IMG/VR virus record: IMGVR_UViG_3300025809_000025
Location: 1 to 54,707 of that record
DNA: 54,707 bases
Reading direction: 5' to 3' (one strand)
DNA from: a virus
Lineage: Duplodnaviria > Caudoviricetes
Part shown: positions 44,601 to 54,705 of the stretch, piece by piece
How positions within the stretch are numbered: the first letter of the stretch is position 1
Layout of the letters: the number at the start of each line of letters is the position of its first letter
Notes under the pieces: generated by a model
Told to the model about the DNA's origin: nothing
The model's input: the letters and a program-made list of their open reading frames with translations, nothing else
Databases searched by the model: none
Program-made: the position numbers and the translations under genes

Positions 44601-47600
44601 GGTTTTCAGGGTTGTAAATAGCTTCCACTTCTGATGAAAGCGCAGATATCGCCGCAGATGTTGCTATTGCTACAGTTCCATCAGCATTAAAAACTGCACC
44701 ATTTAAAGTTGAAACGTCGTCCTGCACTGACTTAACAACACTGGCATTTGTGCCGTCATAGATTGCAGTTACTGAATTACTTACCCCAGTTAAAGCTGAA
44801 CCCGTTGCAAGTCTAGCCGAGCCATCCGAATTAAAGACTTCACCTTCAAGAGCAGTTACATCTGTCTGCACAGTCTTAACTACACTAGCATTCGTTCCGT
44901 CGTAGATAGCTGTTACGCTGTTGGTAAGTCCAGATAAAGCCGACCCCGTGGCAAGTCTAGCCGAACCATCCGAATTAAATACTTCGCCTTCTAGCGCACT
45001 TACATCGGTTTGCACGGACTTAACGACACTGGCGTTAGTACCATCATAAATTGCCGTAACTGAGTTGCTGACTCCAGTTAACGCCGCACCTGTAGCCAAA
45101 CGAGCAGAGCCATCGGAACTAAAAACCTCACCCTCAAGAGATGTAATATCAGACTGAATTGTCTTGATTAAGCTTGGGCTAGTCCCATCGTATATTGCCT
45201 CTACATCTGAGTTCAATGCGCTAATAGCCGCAGACGTGGCAATAGCTACAGTTCCATCTGAGTTAAATACAGCACCATTCAGCGAACTTACATCCGCTTG
45301 AACAGACTTTAATAAGCTGGCATTTGCTCCGTCATAGATAGCAGTAACGTCAGACGAAAGAGAACTAAGAGCCGAACCTGTAGCTAAACGCGACGTGCCA
45401 TCCGAGTTAAACACTTCCCCCTCTAGACTCGTCACATCATCCTGAACGCTTTTTACCACACTAGCATTTGTACCGTCATAAATTGCACTGACTGTACTAG
45501 TAAGCCCCGAAAGAGCCGAACCTGTAGCAAGTCTGGCTGTACCATCTGAGTTAAAGACTTCTCCCTCTAATGCAGTCACATCTGTTTGAATAGTCTTAAC
45601 AAGGCTTGCGTTAGCCCCGTCGTAGATAGCCGATACGCTGTTTGTTAGACCTGTTAACGCAGAACCCGTAGCTAATCTTGCCGAACCGTCGGAATTGAAA
45701 ACTTCACCTTCTAGAGCACTTACATCAGTTTGCACTGTCTTAACTACACTAGCGTTAGTGCCATCATAGATAGCTGTGACCGAGTTAGTTAGACCCGACA
45801 AGGCTGATCCTGTAGCTAGTCTAGAAGACCCGTCAGAATTAAACACCTCTCCTTCTAGGTCGGTAATGTCTGTTTGTACGCTTTTAACGACACTGGCATT
45901 TGTACCGTCGTAAATGGCAGTGACACTATTAGTCAGACCTGACAAGGCAGTTCCGGTCGCTAACCTTGCAGAACCATCGGAGTTAAATACTTCACCTTCT
46001 AAAGCGGTGACATCATCTTGTACGCTTTTAACAACACTTGCGTTGGTCCCGTCATAGATTGCCGTTACGGAATTAGTTACTCCGGTAAGAGCAGATCCTG
46101 TAGCTAATCTTGCAGAGCCATCTGAGTTAAATACTTCCCCTTCGAGTGCTGTAACGTCTGTCTGTATTGAGGTGATTGTTCCGGATTGAGTACTAACTGT
46201 ATTCGTAAGACCTGTTAACGCAGTTCCAGTAGCCAAACGAGCTGAACCATCTGAATTAAATACCTCGCCCTCGAGATCGGTAATATCCGTTTGGGCGCTA
46301 GATATGTTATTTCCTTGAGTGGTTACCGTATTTGTCAGGCTTGTTACAGCTGCTCCAGTAGCTAATCTAGCGGAACCGTCAGAGTTAAATACCTCTCCTT
46401 CCAAACTTGTCACGTCCGAAGCTATAGAGGTTACCGTTCCGTTAAGATTTACAACAGTTGTATCAAGCGTGCTTAAAGCTGAAGATGTGGCTAGTCGAGA
46501 CGTTCCATCCGAGTTAAAAACCTCAGCGTTCAGTGAGGTCACATCACTTTCATTTGCAGCGATTCGCGGATCTTGAAGACTTACCCATTCATTGTCGCCA
46601 TCACCATCACCGTCAATGTATGCGTAAGGTTTCATGTTATCGTCGGTATCGTACCAACGACTGAACTGAGATATGGTTCCAGTGGGAGCAGATGACTGTA
46701 CGTATACAGCACTGGTGCCAGAAGTAATATCTGCTATTGAACTTTGAATGCTCGATACTGAAGAGTTTAGTGTACTTAAGCTGCTGTCTACCGATGTATT
46801 TCTTGTGCTAATTGACGTCTGAAGACTGGTGACCGTGGAGGTTACAGATGACGCGCTAGATGACGCACTGTCAGCTGTTGATTGAGCATTACTTGCAGCC
46901 GTTGCCGCTGCCGATGCTGCTGAGCTTGCTGAGTTAGCTGTCGATTGAGCACTGCTTGCAGCAGATGATGCCGCATTGGCTGAAGATTGCGCTGCGGAAG
47001 CTGCGGAGGCAGCTGTACTCGCAGCTGTATTTGCAGAGGTAGCTGAAGTTTCGGTTAACCCAAGCCGAGCTAAAATGCTACTCCCACTATATGTAGACGT
47101 GTATCCAGTGAATGAGTCTAAATCATCAATTCTTCCGTCAAGTGTTGGTATGGTAGCGATTGGTGTAGATAGGGTAGAGGCTAGCTCTGAGCTTGTTATC
47201 TGGTCCTCAAGAATATCAAGCAAGACTGCTACATCTGTCTGTGTTTGACCCTGCGTTCCAGTAGATGAGTTAAATGGTCCCGCAACACCGTTCTGGTTTA
47301 CTGCTCTTACCCAATAGAAATAAGTCTGCCCTCCACCAACAGCGTCTGAAAATATGCCGTTGAATCCTGATACCTGACCCGCAAGAGTCGCATCAGCAAC
47401 AGAGTCTGAGGTATACCGAAACACCTCGGTGTACGCATGACCCGTGTAAATCTCGAGATTCCACGTAAGCAATATATTTTGAAAGGCACCACTTGCAGAC
47501 AGAGACGTAGGAGCTGGAGGAGTCGCGTAAGTCGTTGCGGTTGTTGTTGGCGCTAAACCTGACGATCCACCAGAGAACGTACTCGACCCTGCCGCTAACT

Positions 47601-47763
47601 TTACAATACCACTATCAAGAAGGTCTCTAGCAGTCAAAGCCCTATCTAGAGGGTCACCTGTATAGCCGCACAACACATCAAGATTGTTCTTGATAGTTTC
47701 GCCAAATCTTTTATCTTGCCCCGCCCATTTTGGCGGTACTGGCATATTGCCTTTTCTAGCCAC
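41677..47763 (-). CDS. Long tail fibre / host-specificity protein with ~20 internal repeats and DUF1983/GpJ-like region
   Basis: 2028 aa; FN3-like N-domain (YFYWVRAVN..G..GPFN); repeats LEGEVFNSDGSARLATG; YSVKVD..G.IAGFGL...FIVRADRFAI...VYMD.AFIKNGTI. Confidence 0.85.
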   Translation of the reverse strand: MARKGNMPVPPKWAGQDKRFGETIKNNLDVLCGYTGDPLDRALTARDLLDSGIVKLAAGSSTFSGGSSGLAPTTTATTYATPPAPTSLSASGAFQNILLTWNLEIYTGHAYTEVFRYTSDSVADATLAGQVSGFNGIFSDAVGGGQTYFYWVRAVNQNGVAGPFNSSTGTQGQTQTDVAVLLDILEDQITSSELASTLSTPIATIPTLDGRIDDLDSFTGYTSTYSGSSILARLGLTETSATSANTAASTAASAASAAQSSANAASSAASSAQSTANSASSAASAAATAASNAQSTADSASSSASSVTSTVTSLQTSISTRNTSVDSSLSTLNSSVSSIQSSIADITSGTSAVYVQSSAPTGTISQFSRWYDTDDNMKPYAYIDGDGDGDNEWVSLQDPRIAANESDVTSLNAEVFNSDGTSRLATSSALSTLDTTVVNLNGTVTSIASDVTSLEGEVFNSDGSARLATGAAVTSLTNTVTTQGNNISSAQTDITDLEGEVFNSDGSARLATGTALTGLTNTVSTQSGTITSIQTDVTALEGEVFNSDGSARLATGSALTGVTNSVTAIYDGTNASVVKSVQDDVTALEGEVFNSDGSARLATGTALSGLTNSVTAIYDGTNASVVKSVQTDITDLEGEVFNSDGSSRLATGSALSGLTNSVTAIYDGTNASVVKTVQTDVSALEGEVFNSDGSARLATGSALTGLTNSVSAIYDGANASLVKTIQTDVTALEGEVFNSDGTARLATGSALSGLTSTVSAIYDGTNASVVKSVQDDVTSLEGEVFNSDGTSRLATGSALSSLSSDVTAIYDGANASLLKSVQADVSSLNGAVFNSDGTVAIATSAAISALNSDVEAIYDGTSPSLIKTIQSDITSLEGEVFSSDGSARLATGAALTGVSNSVTAIYDGTNASVVKSVQTDVSALEGEVFNSDGSARLATGSALSGLTNSVTAIYDGTNASVVKTVQTDVTALEGEVFNSDGSARLATGSALTGVSNSVTAIYDGTNASVVKSVQDDVSTLNGAVFNADGTVAIATSAAISALSSEVEAIYNPENPSEVSVVKTIQSDITSLEGEVFNSDGSARLATGSALNTVSNSVTAIYDGGNASVVKSVQDDITDLNNSVFDSSGNVLLATTSALSGLTTSVEAIYNPDDPDAVSLVKTIQSDVTDLESAVFDSEGVVQLATQNSIDGLTTSIEAIYNPDNPNEASAVKSLQGRSTALEGAVFNGNQVKLATVDALDGLTNNVTAIYNPNDPDAVTQISAIQEKVTSLDAEVFNANDTSRLATGSALGALSNKVTAIYDDSTDPPSGLVTSVQSDVVDLNNAMFDSGGNVKLAGAGALSLLETEVWGNGVTPSGATSSRIDTLDATITNPTTGLTATSGAVSVLNTSVYGEGVTPQAGASKIDALSSAVFDENNNVKLADADAFSTLQTEVFGPDGNVSASRIDGLRAVLYDTDSNGNEQLALATAAQFGTLNATVNNSGALVDKVDNIASSMFVNSDTSGTLKLATSEAFDKVQTEVFPNGDSNASRVSQLSAALWDQGNPDNAVLLAGADFASKINLEVFGSETDQTGASKIDTLQVVVNGEDGTSGIKAAIETTQEIVGDSETGLSSQYSVKVDNQGHIAGFGLSNTSNDDGTPTSAFIVRADRFAIVNPQTTSTQVSNEPINDTQVLVPFTVEGEDIEDENGNVIVPAGVYMDGAFIKNGTITTAQIGNATIDTANITGQLNANRISGGKISTSLLNIDGVFLTSQVVNGVPTLTLGDISANKITSGTINAANITVENLRADQITGDINDLIPFSLSSAVAIDAPNGAEQVIFTGQIPAQADGVEKRAYISAEGWGVFENDDAYRLELWMKTNDTSSSTPSLGTVTNHGSQNYGFGYIIYWFEVAGDVTSLVSSGSALLVMGYTYGNTSSSGYTSSTDRTRIYYTRASTSTITTNMSVFGQILTNQYTMVNDFFFRSASDYHPYQFSISGGLGTKTSSAVDFEIRIGVYNANKYYVPSSQPYKNWVMDKIYALEGIAMSLR

Positions 47764-49396
47764 CTATTTCCTCCGGACTCTCATATACACATACTTCATT
47801 AATAGGTACTGAGCCTGCTAGTTCTATCTCGAACTCGTTAGCTTTGTAACCTGATGGCAATCTAAAGGTGTTACTATTTGTAACACTTTGGGTATGTTTG
47901 AGAACACCGTCTGCATATAGCTTCATGGTAGGATTAGGGCTGTAGCTATCACACTGTACTTTAGCTACTGCTGGGTTGATTGGTCTGGGGGTGTAAAATT
48001 TCTTTCCCCGCCAAACAAAATTTGAGTCTGCACTTCCTTCAGCAAACTTTACAACGCTACCCCCAACCACTAAATAAAGCTGATCATTCTCTAAATCGTT
48101 AAATCCAGCCGTTGCATGGAAGTCTAGTTTTACAAAAGAATTCTTTCCTCCCCTTGGGTCGAATATAAATCCTTTGCTTTCTGAGCTGTTAGTGTAGAAG
48201 GCTATGTAATGACCCTCCCACTGAAACGCTACAATTGAGCTGGGCGTGTATTCCTGCCACTGATCTCTAGTTAGCGACTGCTCTGTAATAAGGCTTAGTC
48301 CGTTATCGTTAGCCATAACAATACCGTCAGGCGATGCGTACATAACAAACTCACCCATATCGACAACAGATCTTTTAGCGACACATGACAAAGAACTGTC
48401 TACCTCCATCATGCTCATGGAGGAGGGGTCTAGACCCTGAATGATTGCTGGCTTTTCTTTTGTAAGAACCAACAAGCCTGTATTAAGGGGCGCTAGTGCA
48501 ACGATGTCAGACTTAACTGTTAGCTTGTACTCATCAGGAAAAGCATGAGGCTGAAACGCCTCACTAAATGAAACTGTTTGACCAGAGAAACCTGCAAGGA
48601 TTCCGTTAGGCATAGACACTAGACCAAGCAAGGGACCATCTTTATGATCTGCCGCGTCATCATCTGGTGGAGCATCAAACGTCGAGGTCGGAATCTCTTC
48701 ACCCAAATTCACCTCAGTCACAGTATCAGCGAATGTATCTGTCGCTATAGGAACGTCCTGAACAAACCTATACGTTCCCCCTGCGTCCGTTCTGTAAACC
48801 CGCTTAAGAGTCAGGTTGTAATTACCAGAAGGGTTGGGTGGGAAATCTAAGGTGACAGTTTGGTCTGTGTGAACATCTACTACTTGAGCAGCTTCCGCAT
48901 CACAGTTGACACCTTCCTCACCGTACGCAGAAACGTACGTAAAAATGTACGATCTTGACTGCGGAACTTCTGTATCAACATTGGCTGATGTTGTTGGGGA
49001 CAGTGTTACGGACGTTAGGTCTGCTGGCTTTGGGATGCCTAAGCGATAGTACTGACTGGCTCCCACTATAGAAGCGGTGGTCATTTGAGGATAAGTAAAA
49101 CCGCTAATATAAATTCTTTCGTGCGGATCTTCTGCAACAGGAGACCTTACGATGTTTATATCATAGTTGCTGCCCATCCATATCGAGCTGCTATATCTAA
49201 ACAAGGTTTTTGTTTGAGAAGATATTGTGTATGACCCGACAACAGAAATGGAAGCCGATGCATTGGTTTTCCAAGGCTCTAACCTGCCAGAATCAAGTCG
49301 GCAGTTAGTAGCAATCTGTGCCATATCATCCGGCAGTAAGCGAGCATACACCTTAGGTGCCTGTCCGCTAAATGTTTGCAGCTTAAAACCTGCCAT
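47756..49396 (-). CDS. Tail nozzle / stabilisation protein (tail tubular B-like)
   Basis: F.G..P....RLLP...AQ.A.NC; RSYIFTYV...GEEG; GLVSMPNGILAGF...FSE...PHAFP; YASPDG. Confidence 0.7.
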   Translation of the reverse strand: MAGFKLQTFSGQAPKVYARLLPDDMAQIATNCRLDSGRLEPWKTNASASISVVGSYTISSQTKTLFRYSSSIWMGSNYDINIVRSPVAEDPHERIYISGFTYPQMTTASIVGASQYYRLGIPKPADLTSVTLSPTTSANVDTEVPQSRSYIFTYVSAYGEEGVNCDAEAAQVVDVHTDQTVTLDFPPNPSGNYNLTLKRVYRTDAGGTYRFVQDVPIATDTFADTVTEVNLGEEIPTSTFDAPPDDDAADHKDGPLLGLVSMPNGILAGFSGQTVSFSEAFQPHAFPDEYKLTVKSDIVALAPLNTGLLVLTKEKPAIIQGLDPSSMSMMEVDSSLSCVAKRSVVDMGEFVMYASPDGIVMANDNGLSLITEQSLTRDQWQEYTPSSIVAFQWEGHYIAFYTNSSESKGFIFDPRGGKNSFVKLDFHATAGFNDLENDQLYLVVGGSVVKFAEGSADSNFVWRGKKFYTPRPINPAVAKVQCDSYSPNPTMKLYADGVLKHTQSVTNSNTFRLPSGYKANEFEIELAGSVPINEVCVYESPEEIGG

Positions 49397-49758
49397 TACT
49401 TTTTATCCTTCTTGTTCATGACACCTTCAAAGGCGCCACCACCAAAATAGAAACCCACAATCGTTAACATGATCCAGTCAATCTTAAATGCGCTGATTAA
49501 TTCCTGAACAGGACCAATGTCCTTATCCATAAAGAACAAAGCTAAAACCATTAAGTATGAAGCAACGAACGTAAACCCAAATATTAAAGCCAAGTACCGT
49601 TGAGCAATTTTAAACGGTGCGTAACTGCTTAAGAGATCAGTCTTCGCCTTAGTTTTTGCTTCGATAGCTTCTGTTTCGGACGTATGAAAGCTATCAATAA
49701 GATCTAAGCCCTTACTGACTACATCACCACTGCCTAATATCTGACTTAATATGCCCAT
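49396..49758 (-). CDS. Putative holin (3TM / GTA-holin-like)
   Basis: LIDSFHTS..E...K N-terminus, two TM segments and a GFYFGG motif. Confidence 0.7.
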   Translation of the reverse strand: MGILSQILGSGDVVSKGLDLIDSFHTSETEAIEAKTKAKTDLLSSYAPFKIAQRYLALIFGFTFVASYLMVLALFFMDKDIGPVQELISAFKIDWIMLTIVGFYFGGGAFEGVMNKKDKK

Positions 49759-49761
49759 TGA

Positions 49762-50091
49762 TTACCAAGGCACTTCTGCAACGACCGAAGGAGCCTTAGA
49801 CTCTGCAATCTGATTTGCAATAGATGCTTCAAGAGAAGTTACTTGATCTTCTCCCATAGAATCTTTACACCATTGGATAGCCATTTCTTCAGTAATATCT
49901 GCAAATGCTACCCACGATTCGCTTTCTGGGTCTGGGCTAAAGGAAGAAGTGCCGTAGGATGATCCGTAATGGCTGACTGCGTCATCACCTGATCCTGATT
50001 CTTCTGAGTCTGACGCTCGCCAATGGGCAACGATTACACCATCGTCACTTGCATTGCGCTCTAATTGTACTACTGTGTAAGTTACTGCCAT
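49762..50091 (-). CDS. Tail-fibre-associated hypothetical protein
   Basis: LER...DDGV...HWR...FADITEE....W...........PW; common next to marine phage fibre genes. Confidence 0.65.
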   Translation of the reverse strand: MAVTYTVVQLERNASDDGVIVAHWRASDSEESGSGDDAVSHYGSSYGTSSFSPDPESESWVAFADITEEMAIQWCKDSMGEDQVTSLEASIANQIAESKAPSVVAEVPW

Positions 50092-50092
50092 T

Positions 50093-50635
50093 TTATTGTT
50101 CCTCTACATAAGTTTTAACGGGGGTTGGGGTGCTGTCTATAACAGCCTGTGCTTCGGCGCGTTCTGCGTCGTCCGCTACAATTAAGGGGTTGGGTATTGT
50201 CTCTACAGTAGGCTCTGCTTCTGGGTCATCACCGTGTACAGTGACTTCCACAGTAGCTTCCAGAGGCTCGATAGCAGTCTGAGTGACAAAATCAGCCATC
50301 ACATCTTCCATCTCGAAAGTTTCTTCGCTGTATACTTGCTCGCCTGTGGGTAGGCTTTCTACAACTTCTTCACGACCTACGGATAGCTGGTATTGAGCTA
50401 TGCGAGCCGTTGCTGACACATAGGCGCTTACTTGCTGTGCAAATTGCTTTGTATCTGCGGCAGTTTGTAGGTCAGTAGGTATGTCGCCTTCAAAGCAGTC
50501 AGCGCCTTGTTCGATAATATCGTTGAGTACTCTTTGGTAGTCCGAGTTTGCTGGGTCTAGGGGAGTAAACTTTTCTGTAGAAGAACAGTACAAACTAGTT
50601 TCGCCCATATCCGATGTAATAAATGAATAACTCAT
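50093..50635 (-). CDS. Tail-fibre-associated acidic protein
   Basis: PLDPANSDYQ motif; 180 aa. Confidence 0.65.
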   Translation of the reverse strand: MSYSFITSDMGETSLYCSSTEKFTPLDPANSDYQRVLNDIIEQGADCFEGDIPTDLQTAADTKQFAQQVSAYVSATARIAQYQLSVGREEVVESLPTGEQVYSEETFEMEDVMADFVTQTAIEPLEATVEVTVHGDDPEAEPTVETIPNPLIVADDAERAEAQAVIDSTPTPVKTYVEEQ

Positions 50636-51633
50636 AATTCTGCATCCCCTGCTATGCTGGCACCGTGTGCATACACCATTTGATTAGCAGAAATACTAAC
50701 GGAGGAATTTACTTGGCATCCGTCTTTGCTTATTCCTGCGTATGATAAAGCGCCGCTATACCCTGTGTTTGTATTCCAAGTACCGACAGTAGACATTGTT
50801 GGAGCGGCTCTCATATAAACTGGATGATTCCACCAAGCCAGTCCAGACCCTGTATTATTATTATAACGACCGAGATTTAAGTATCGGATTATGTCTGTCT
50901 TGTAATAATACCGCTGACACAACGCCAGTTCTTCGCCGTATGAACGATGCTCGAATGGGGTGGCTACTTTGCCTAGTTCAAACTGGCACTGGGCTATAAA
51001 CATTGCCCCCATAGAAGAGCCATTATCCATTTGGATTTGAAGCTCTACATGGTCTGTATTGACAGTTTCGGATGTCTGAAAGGTAAACGAGTGATACTCC
51101 CACTCATTACTACCACTTTCCCAATACTGGGCTGGAGTTAAATGTGTATACGGGGACGCGGTAATGCGGAATCTAACAAACCCAGAGCGCAATACTGTCT
51201 TTTCATTTTTTAACCAGAAACTTACTGTTACAGGCTTTCCTTTAACAAGATACTTAGCATTTTCTATCGGTTGCTGTATACAGTTTCCTGCGTTCGTATT
51301 GGAGGTATCCGCAGTTGTCCTGTTCCACTTTAAAACATTACCAAACGTACTATCTGTCTCTTTAGATACGGTAAATGCCCCGCCCGTATATGTATTAAAC
51401 GCCCATCTATCGACACTTCTGTACCCGCTGTTGGTTGTGTTGCTAGAAGCTCTTTGCCAGACATCAAAACCGCCATTAATCAACAAATTCCTACGACCAG
51501 CACCGATCAGATTAAACTGTTCTTGCGGTGTCTCAGCACGGAGCATAGCCTCACCAGCTACACCCGTAGGTTTCTTGAGTTCGTTTAGTTGCTCGCGAAC
51601 ATTGATCTCTGGTTTTGTAATTTTTACTGTCAT
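50632..51633 (-). CDS. Tail fibre / carbohydrate-binding module protein
   Basis: RRNLLINGGFDVWQR...DRW...QFELG.VATPFEHRSYGEELALCQRYY motifs. Confidence 0.8.
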   Translation of the reverse strand: MTVKITKPEINVREQLNELKKPTGVAGEAMLRAETPQEQFNLIGAGRRNLLINGGFDVWQRASSNTTNSGYRSVDRWAFNTYTGGAFTVSKETDSTFGNVLKWNRTTADTSNTNAGNCIQQPIENAKYLVKGKPVTVSFWLKNEKTVLRSGFVRFRITASPYTHLTPAQYWESGSNEWEYHSFTFQTSETVNTDHVELQIQMDNGSSMGAMFIAQCQFELGKVATPFEHRSYGEELALCQRYYYKTDIIRYLNLGRYNNNTGSGLAWWNHPVYMRAAPTMSTVGTWNTNTGYSGALSYAGISKDGCQVNSSVSISANQMVYAHGASIAGDAEL

Positions 51634-51636
51634 TTC

Positions 51637-54600
51637 TTAATCCTCCGCCACTAGACCGTTACTGGCACTGATTGCCGAGCCTACAGCGTCTGTTGTATTT
51701 TCAACTCGTCGGAGTCCTTGGAATACGCTACGTCCCGCGCTTGTACCCGCGTGGAGTAGTTCAGTATCGTCATCGTATGCGAGTGCTGTGACAGCATCTG
51801 AAGTGCCGTACAGGGTAGCTTTAGCATTCTCTTGGAAGAGGTGCTTCTCATCGTTGTAGATTTTGGCGATTTGTTCAGCGGTTGGGATTGTCGCCGATAA
51901 TCGCTGAAGGGCGTGGTTCCCTATAAATACATTACTTATAGACCCGCCAGCACTTTTCCAAACACCTGATCTAAACTGCGAATCTGAAGTAGTCGTATAC
52001 GATGAAACCTGAATAGTTGAATCCAATACCCCGTCCACATAGATAGTCCTAGAGGTGGGATGATTAATAAAAGTAACAAAATGCCAAGAACCATCATTGA
52101 TTACTTTTGTGAAGACATCCTGACCATTAGTAGGGTCCCATGTATACAACTTCCCATCACCTGCATTAACTGCCAAGCCCCTAGCATCTGCACTGCCTCC
52201 TAAAGAAAATAAATATCCATGAGTACTCGATTGAGTTGTGTTAATCCAGCCCATAAAGCTAAAAGAAGTTAAGGAAGTTATATTGGAATTCGTTGGCTGT
52301 TCTAAGTAGTTACTCGCAGACCAACCACTATATCCCACAAGGTCAGCACCCGTTGCTACAGCCGTCTTAGTGACTGTGCCGAATACTTGGAGACCGTTGC
52401 CGTTAACACTGCGGTCTTCTTCTGCTAGGCGTACTGAGATGTTGTCTACAGAATCAGAATTTCCTGCTTTAGTCTGTATCACTACATAATGTGTTGTTTG
52501 TGTTGCTATAAATGTTGAACTGTAAGTGCCAACAACATCTTCGTGAACGTAAGCATCACCTCTTGCCCGACCTGACGGTGTATCGCCAATTCCTATATAA
52601 GTATCCGCACCCCCGATAGCAGTAATATCAAGAGAGAAAGTGTAAGTCTTGCCGACTACACAAGTAATCGGAGCCGATAAATAATTACTAAATCCCGTTG
52701 CACCCGTGCCTTGCAGTACGCCTGATGTTACTGCCCACGTTCCTTGAGTAGACCCGCTTTGAGACCACCCAGTAGTATTACTAGCAAACGTACCATTAGT
52801 AACCAACTCAGACCCAGTAATATTTGTATCATCAGTATCCGAAAGGGTAGCTAACTTGATGTCACCGTTCATCCAACCTGTGTTGTATTCTGAGTTGATA
52901 TAAGCTACTGCACCATTGGTCGGGGCTGTTGTGTTTTCGTCTAGTAGTGTTAGTCCTAAGTTACTGCTAATAACACCATCTAAAACATGTTTTTTACTTG
53001 TAGAGTTTTCTCCCAAGATGTATAGATCAGGAGAGCTACCTATGGCATAGCCTTTATAGAAACGCTTAGATGTACCCCTTTCGTACCAATTAGTTCCTAT
53101 ATTTTCGTCAGAAGAAGGTATACTATGAACCCTCATAACCCGTCCGCCGGTACTAGTATCCATACCAAAGATAATCTCATCTGTACCTATGAAGTCAATC
53201 GTATAGGAAGCTTGGTAGGCTGAATCCGTGGTGTTTATAATATCAACAACAGTCCCATCATCCTTAATAACACTCACACCACTATTAGTAGCAACCGCTA
53301 TGGTTGGCACAGGTAGTCCAGTGTCAGCGTCGATTGGTGCGTTGGGTAGGACGGTCATGGCTACGTCGTTGACGTAATTGTTGACTATAGTATAACTGCC
53401 GGCAGTGCCATAAAATGCATTGTCTCTATTTACGATGCCCGTAGCATTCTCTTTTGTATATCCAGCTGTCTTTAGATACGCATAATCACTAATAAAGTTT
53501 ATTACAGATACACCACCATGATTATATCCAGAGGTAGATATTACGACTAGGCTACCATCTTTCATGATAGCACCGGTGATTCCATTATGAGTATTTGAAA
53601 GCATAGAGTAATCTGATCCATCAAATACCATCCACATCGGCATATCAGGGTCATCACCATCGTAGATTGTAAGCTGATTACTTTCTACAACAATCACAGC
53701 AACGCTTGGAAACTTCTTAGTTGCACCACGAGTGCTAGTGTTTAACGTCTCGTTGTACCAGCTAGTGTTTTGTGTGCGGTGTCTCCATGCACCACCGTCA
53801 GAGTCCTTGCTAGTGTCATAGACGAATACGTCTACGGCAGTGTCAGACTTGGATTCTGCTATGGCTTGGAGGTCTAGGGAGTTTGTGCTGACTGCTTCGG
53901 TGTTCACAGTCCCCGAAAAATGAGCGTCTTTGAATTTAGCCCCACTAGTTCCTAAATCAATAGCTTCGGACCTACTTGCTCCACCAGCATTGGCAGGAAG
54001 AATTGCATCTACTCCAGCATGAAATCTAATATTTGTATCACCAGAGCCAGTATAAATATACCCACCATTAACACCAATACTACCTACGGTTGCGCCGTCT
54101 TTGCGGAACTCTGAAATAGAGCCATCAGAGCCGATACGATTAACAAAATGCCCTGCACCAGAGTGTCCTATAAACACGCGACCATCAACCCTAAACTCTT
54201 GTCCTGAAGTAGCGCCAAAGTCCAAACTAGCCTTACCCACCAACAGGTTGCCAAAAGGGTCTACTCGATAGGCTTCACTTCCGTCTGTTGTTACTGCAAA
54301 AGTGTTAGCGGCTGGGAAGAAAATACCGCAGTTAATATCGTTATTAGGTCTAATCGCGGCGGCGGCGGCTGTACCTGTTGTACTTAAAATAGAACCATCT
54401 GCAATGACAGAGCCTGACAGGTAGAGGTCTTTAAACTTAGCGTTACCATCTCCTAAATCAATCCCACCATTTGAATAAGCGCCACTAGCATTGTTCCACG
54501 GTAGAATCTCACCGTTTCTAAAGATTAAGCCACCGTTTGTATTTCCACCTACTGTTGTATAACCAGTGAAAGTACCAATGCTACCTACGGATGAGCCGTC

Positions 54601-54705
54601 TTTGCGGAACTCTTGAATAGCTCCGTCTGTGCTTGTTCTATTAAAATAAGCAACCGTTCCGCCATATCTAGCTACATTTAAATAACCGCCTGAGCCTATG
54701 TTGTA
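51637..54705 (-). CDS. Tail fibre protein, C-terminal part (5' end beyond window) with CBM-like and LamG-like domains
   Basis: The frame stays open from 54705, not only from 54243; repeated NR...DG.I.EFRKDG..VGSIG modules; ELVTNGTF....TGW and INDGSWHFV...IYVDGVL (LamG). Confidence 0.85.
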   Translation of the reverse strand, partial: YNIGSGGYLNVARYGGTVAYFNRTSTDGAIQEFRKDGSSVGSIGTFTGYTTVGGNTNGGLIFRNGEILPWNNASGAYSNGGIDLGDGNAKFKDLYLSGSVIADGSILSTTGTAAAAAIRPNNDINCGIFFPAANTFAVTTDGSEAYRVDPFGNLLVGKASLDFGATSGQEFRVDGRVFIGHSGAGHFVNRIGSDGSISEFRKDGATVGSIGVNGGYIYTGSGDTNIRFHAGVDAILPANAGGASRSEAIDLGTSGAKFKDAHFSGTVNTEAVSTNSLDLQAIAESKSDTAVDVFVYDTSKDSDGGAWRHRTQNTSWYNETLNTSTRGATKKFPSVAVIVVESNQLTIYDGDDPDMPMWMVFDGSDYSMLSNTHNGITGAIMKDGSLVVISTSGYNHGGVSVINFISDYAYLKTAGYTKENATGIVNRDNAFYGTAGSYTIVNNYVNDVAMTVLPNAPIDADTGLPVPTIAVATNSGVSVIKDDGTVVDIINTTDSAYQASYTIDFIGTDEIIFGMDTSTGGRVMRVHSIPSSDENIGTNWYERGTSKRFYKGYAIGSSPDLYILGENSTSKKHVLDGVISSNLGLTLLDENTTAPTNGAVAYINSEYNTGWMNGDIKLATLSDTDDTNITGSELVTNGTFASNTTGWSQSGSTQGTWAVTSGVLQGTGATGFSNYLSAPITCVVGKTYTFSLDITAIGGADTYIGIGDTPSGRARGDAYVHEDVVGTYSSTFIATQTTHYVVIQTKAGNSDSVDNISVRLAEEDRSVNGNGLQVFGTVTKTAVATGADLVGYSGWSASNYLEQPTNSNITSLTSFSFMGWINTTQSSTHGYLFSLGGSADARGLAVNAGDGKLYTWDPTNGQDVFTKVINDGSWHFVTFINHPTSRTIYVDGVLDSTIQVSSYTTTSDSQFRSGVWKSAGGSISNVFIGNHALQRLSATIPTAEQIAKIYNDEKHLFQENAKATLYGTSDAVTALAYDDDTELLHAGTSAGRSVFQGLRRVENTTDAVGSAISASNGLVAED

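Noticed and set aside
43740-46540. CRISPR array or DGR template/variable repeat
   Set aside because: The repeats are in-frame protein repeats without unique spacers or adenine-specific differences, and no cas or reverse transcriptase gene is present.
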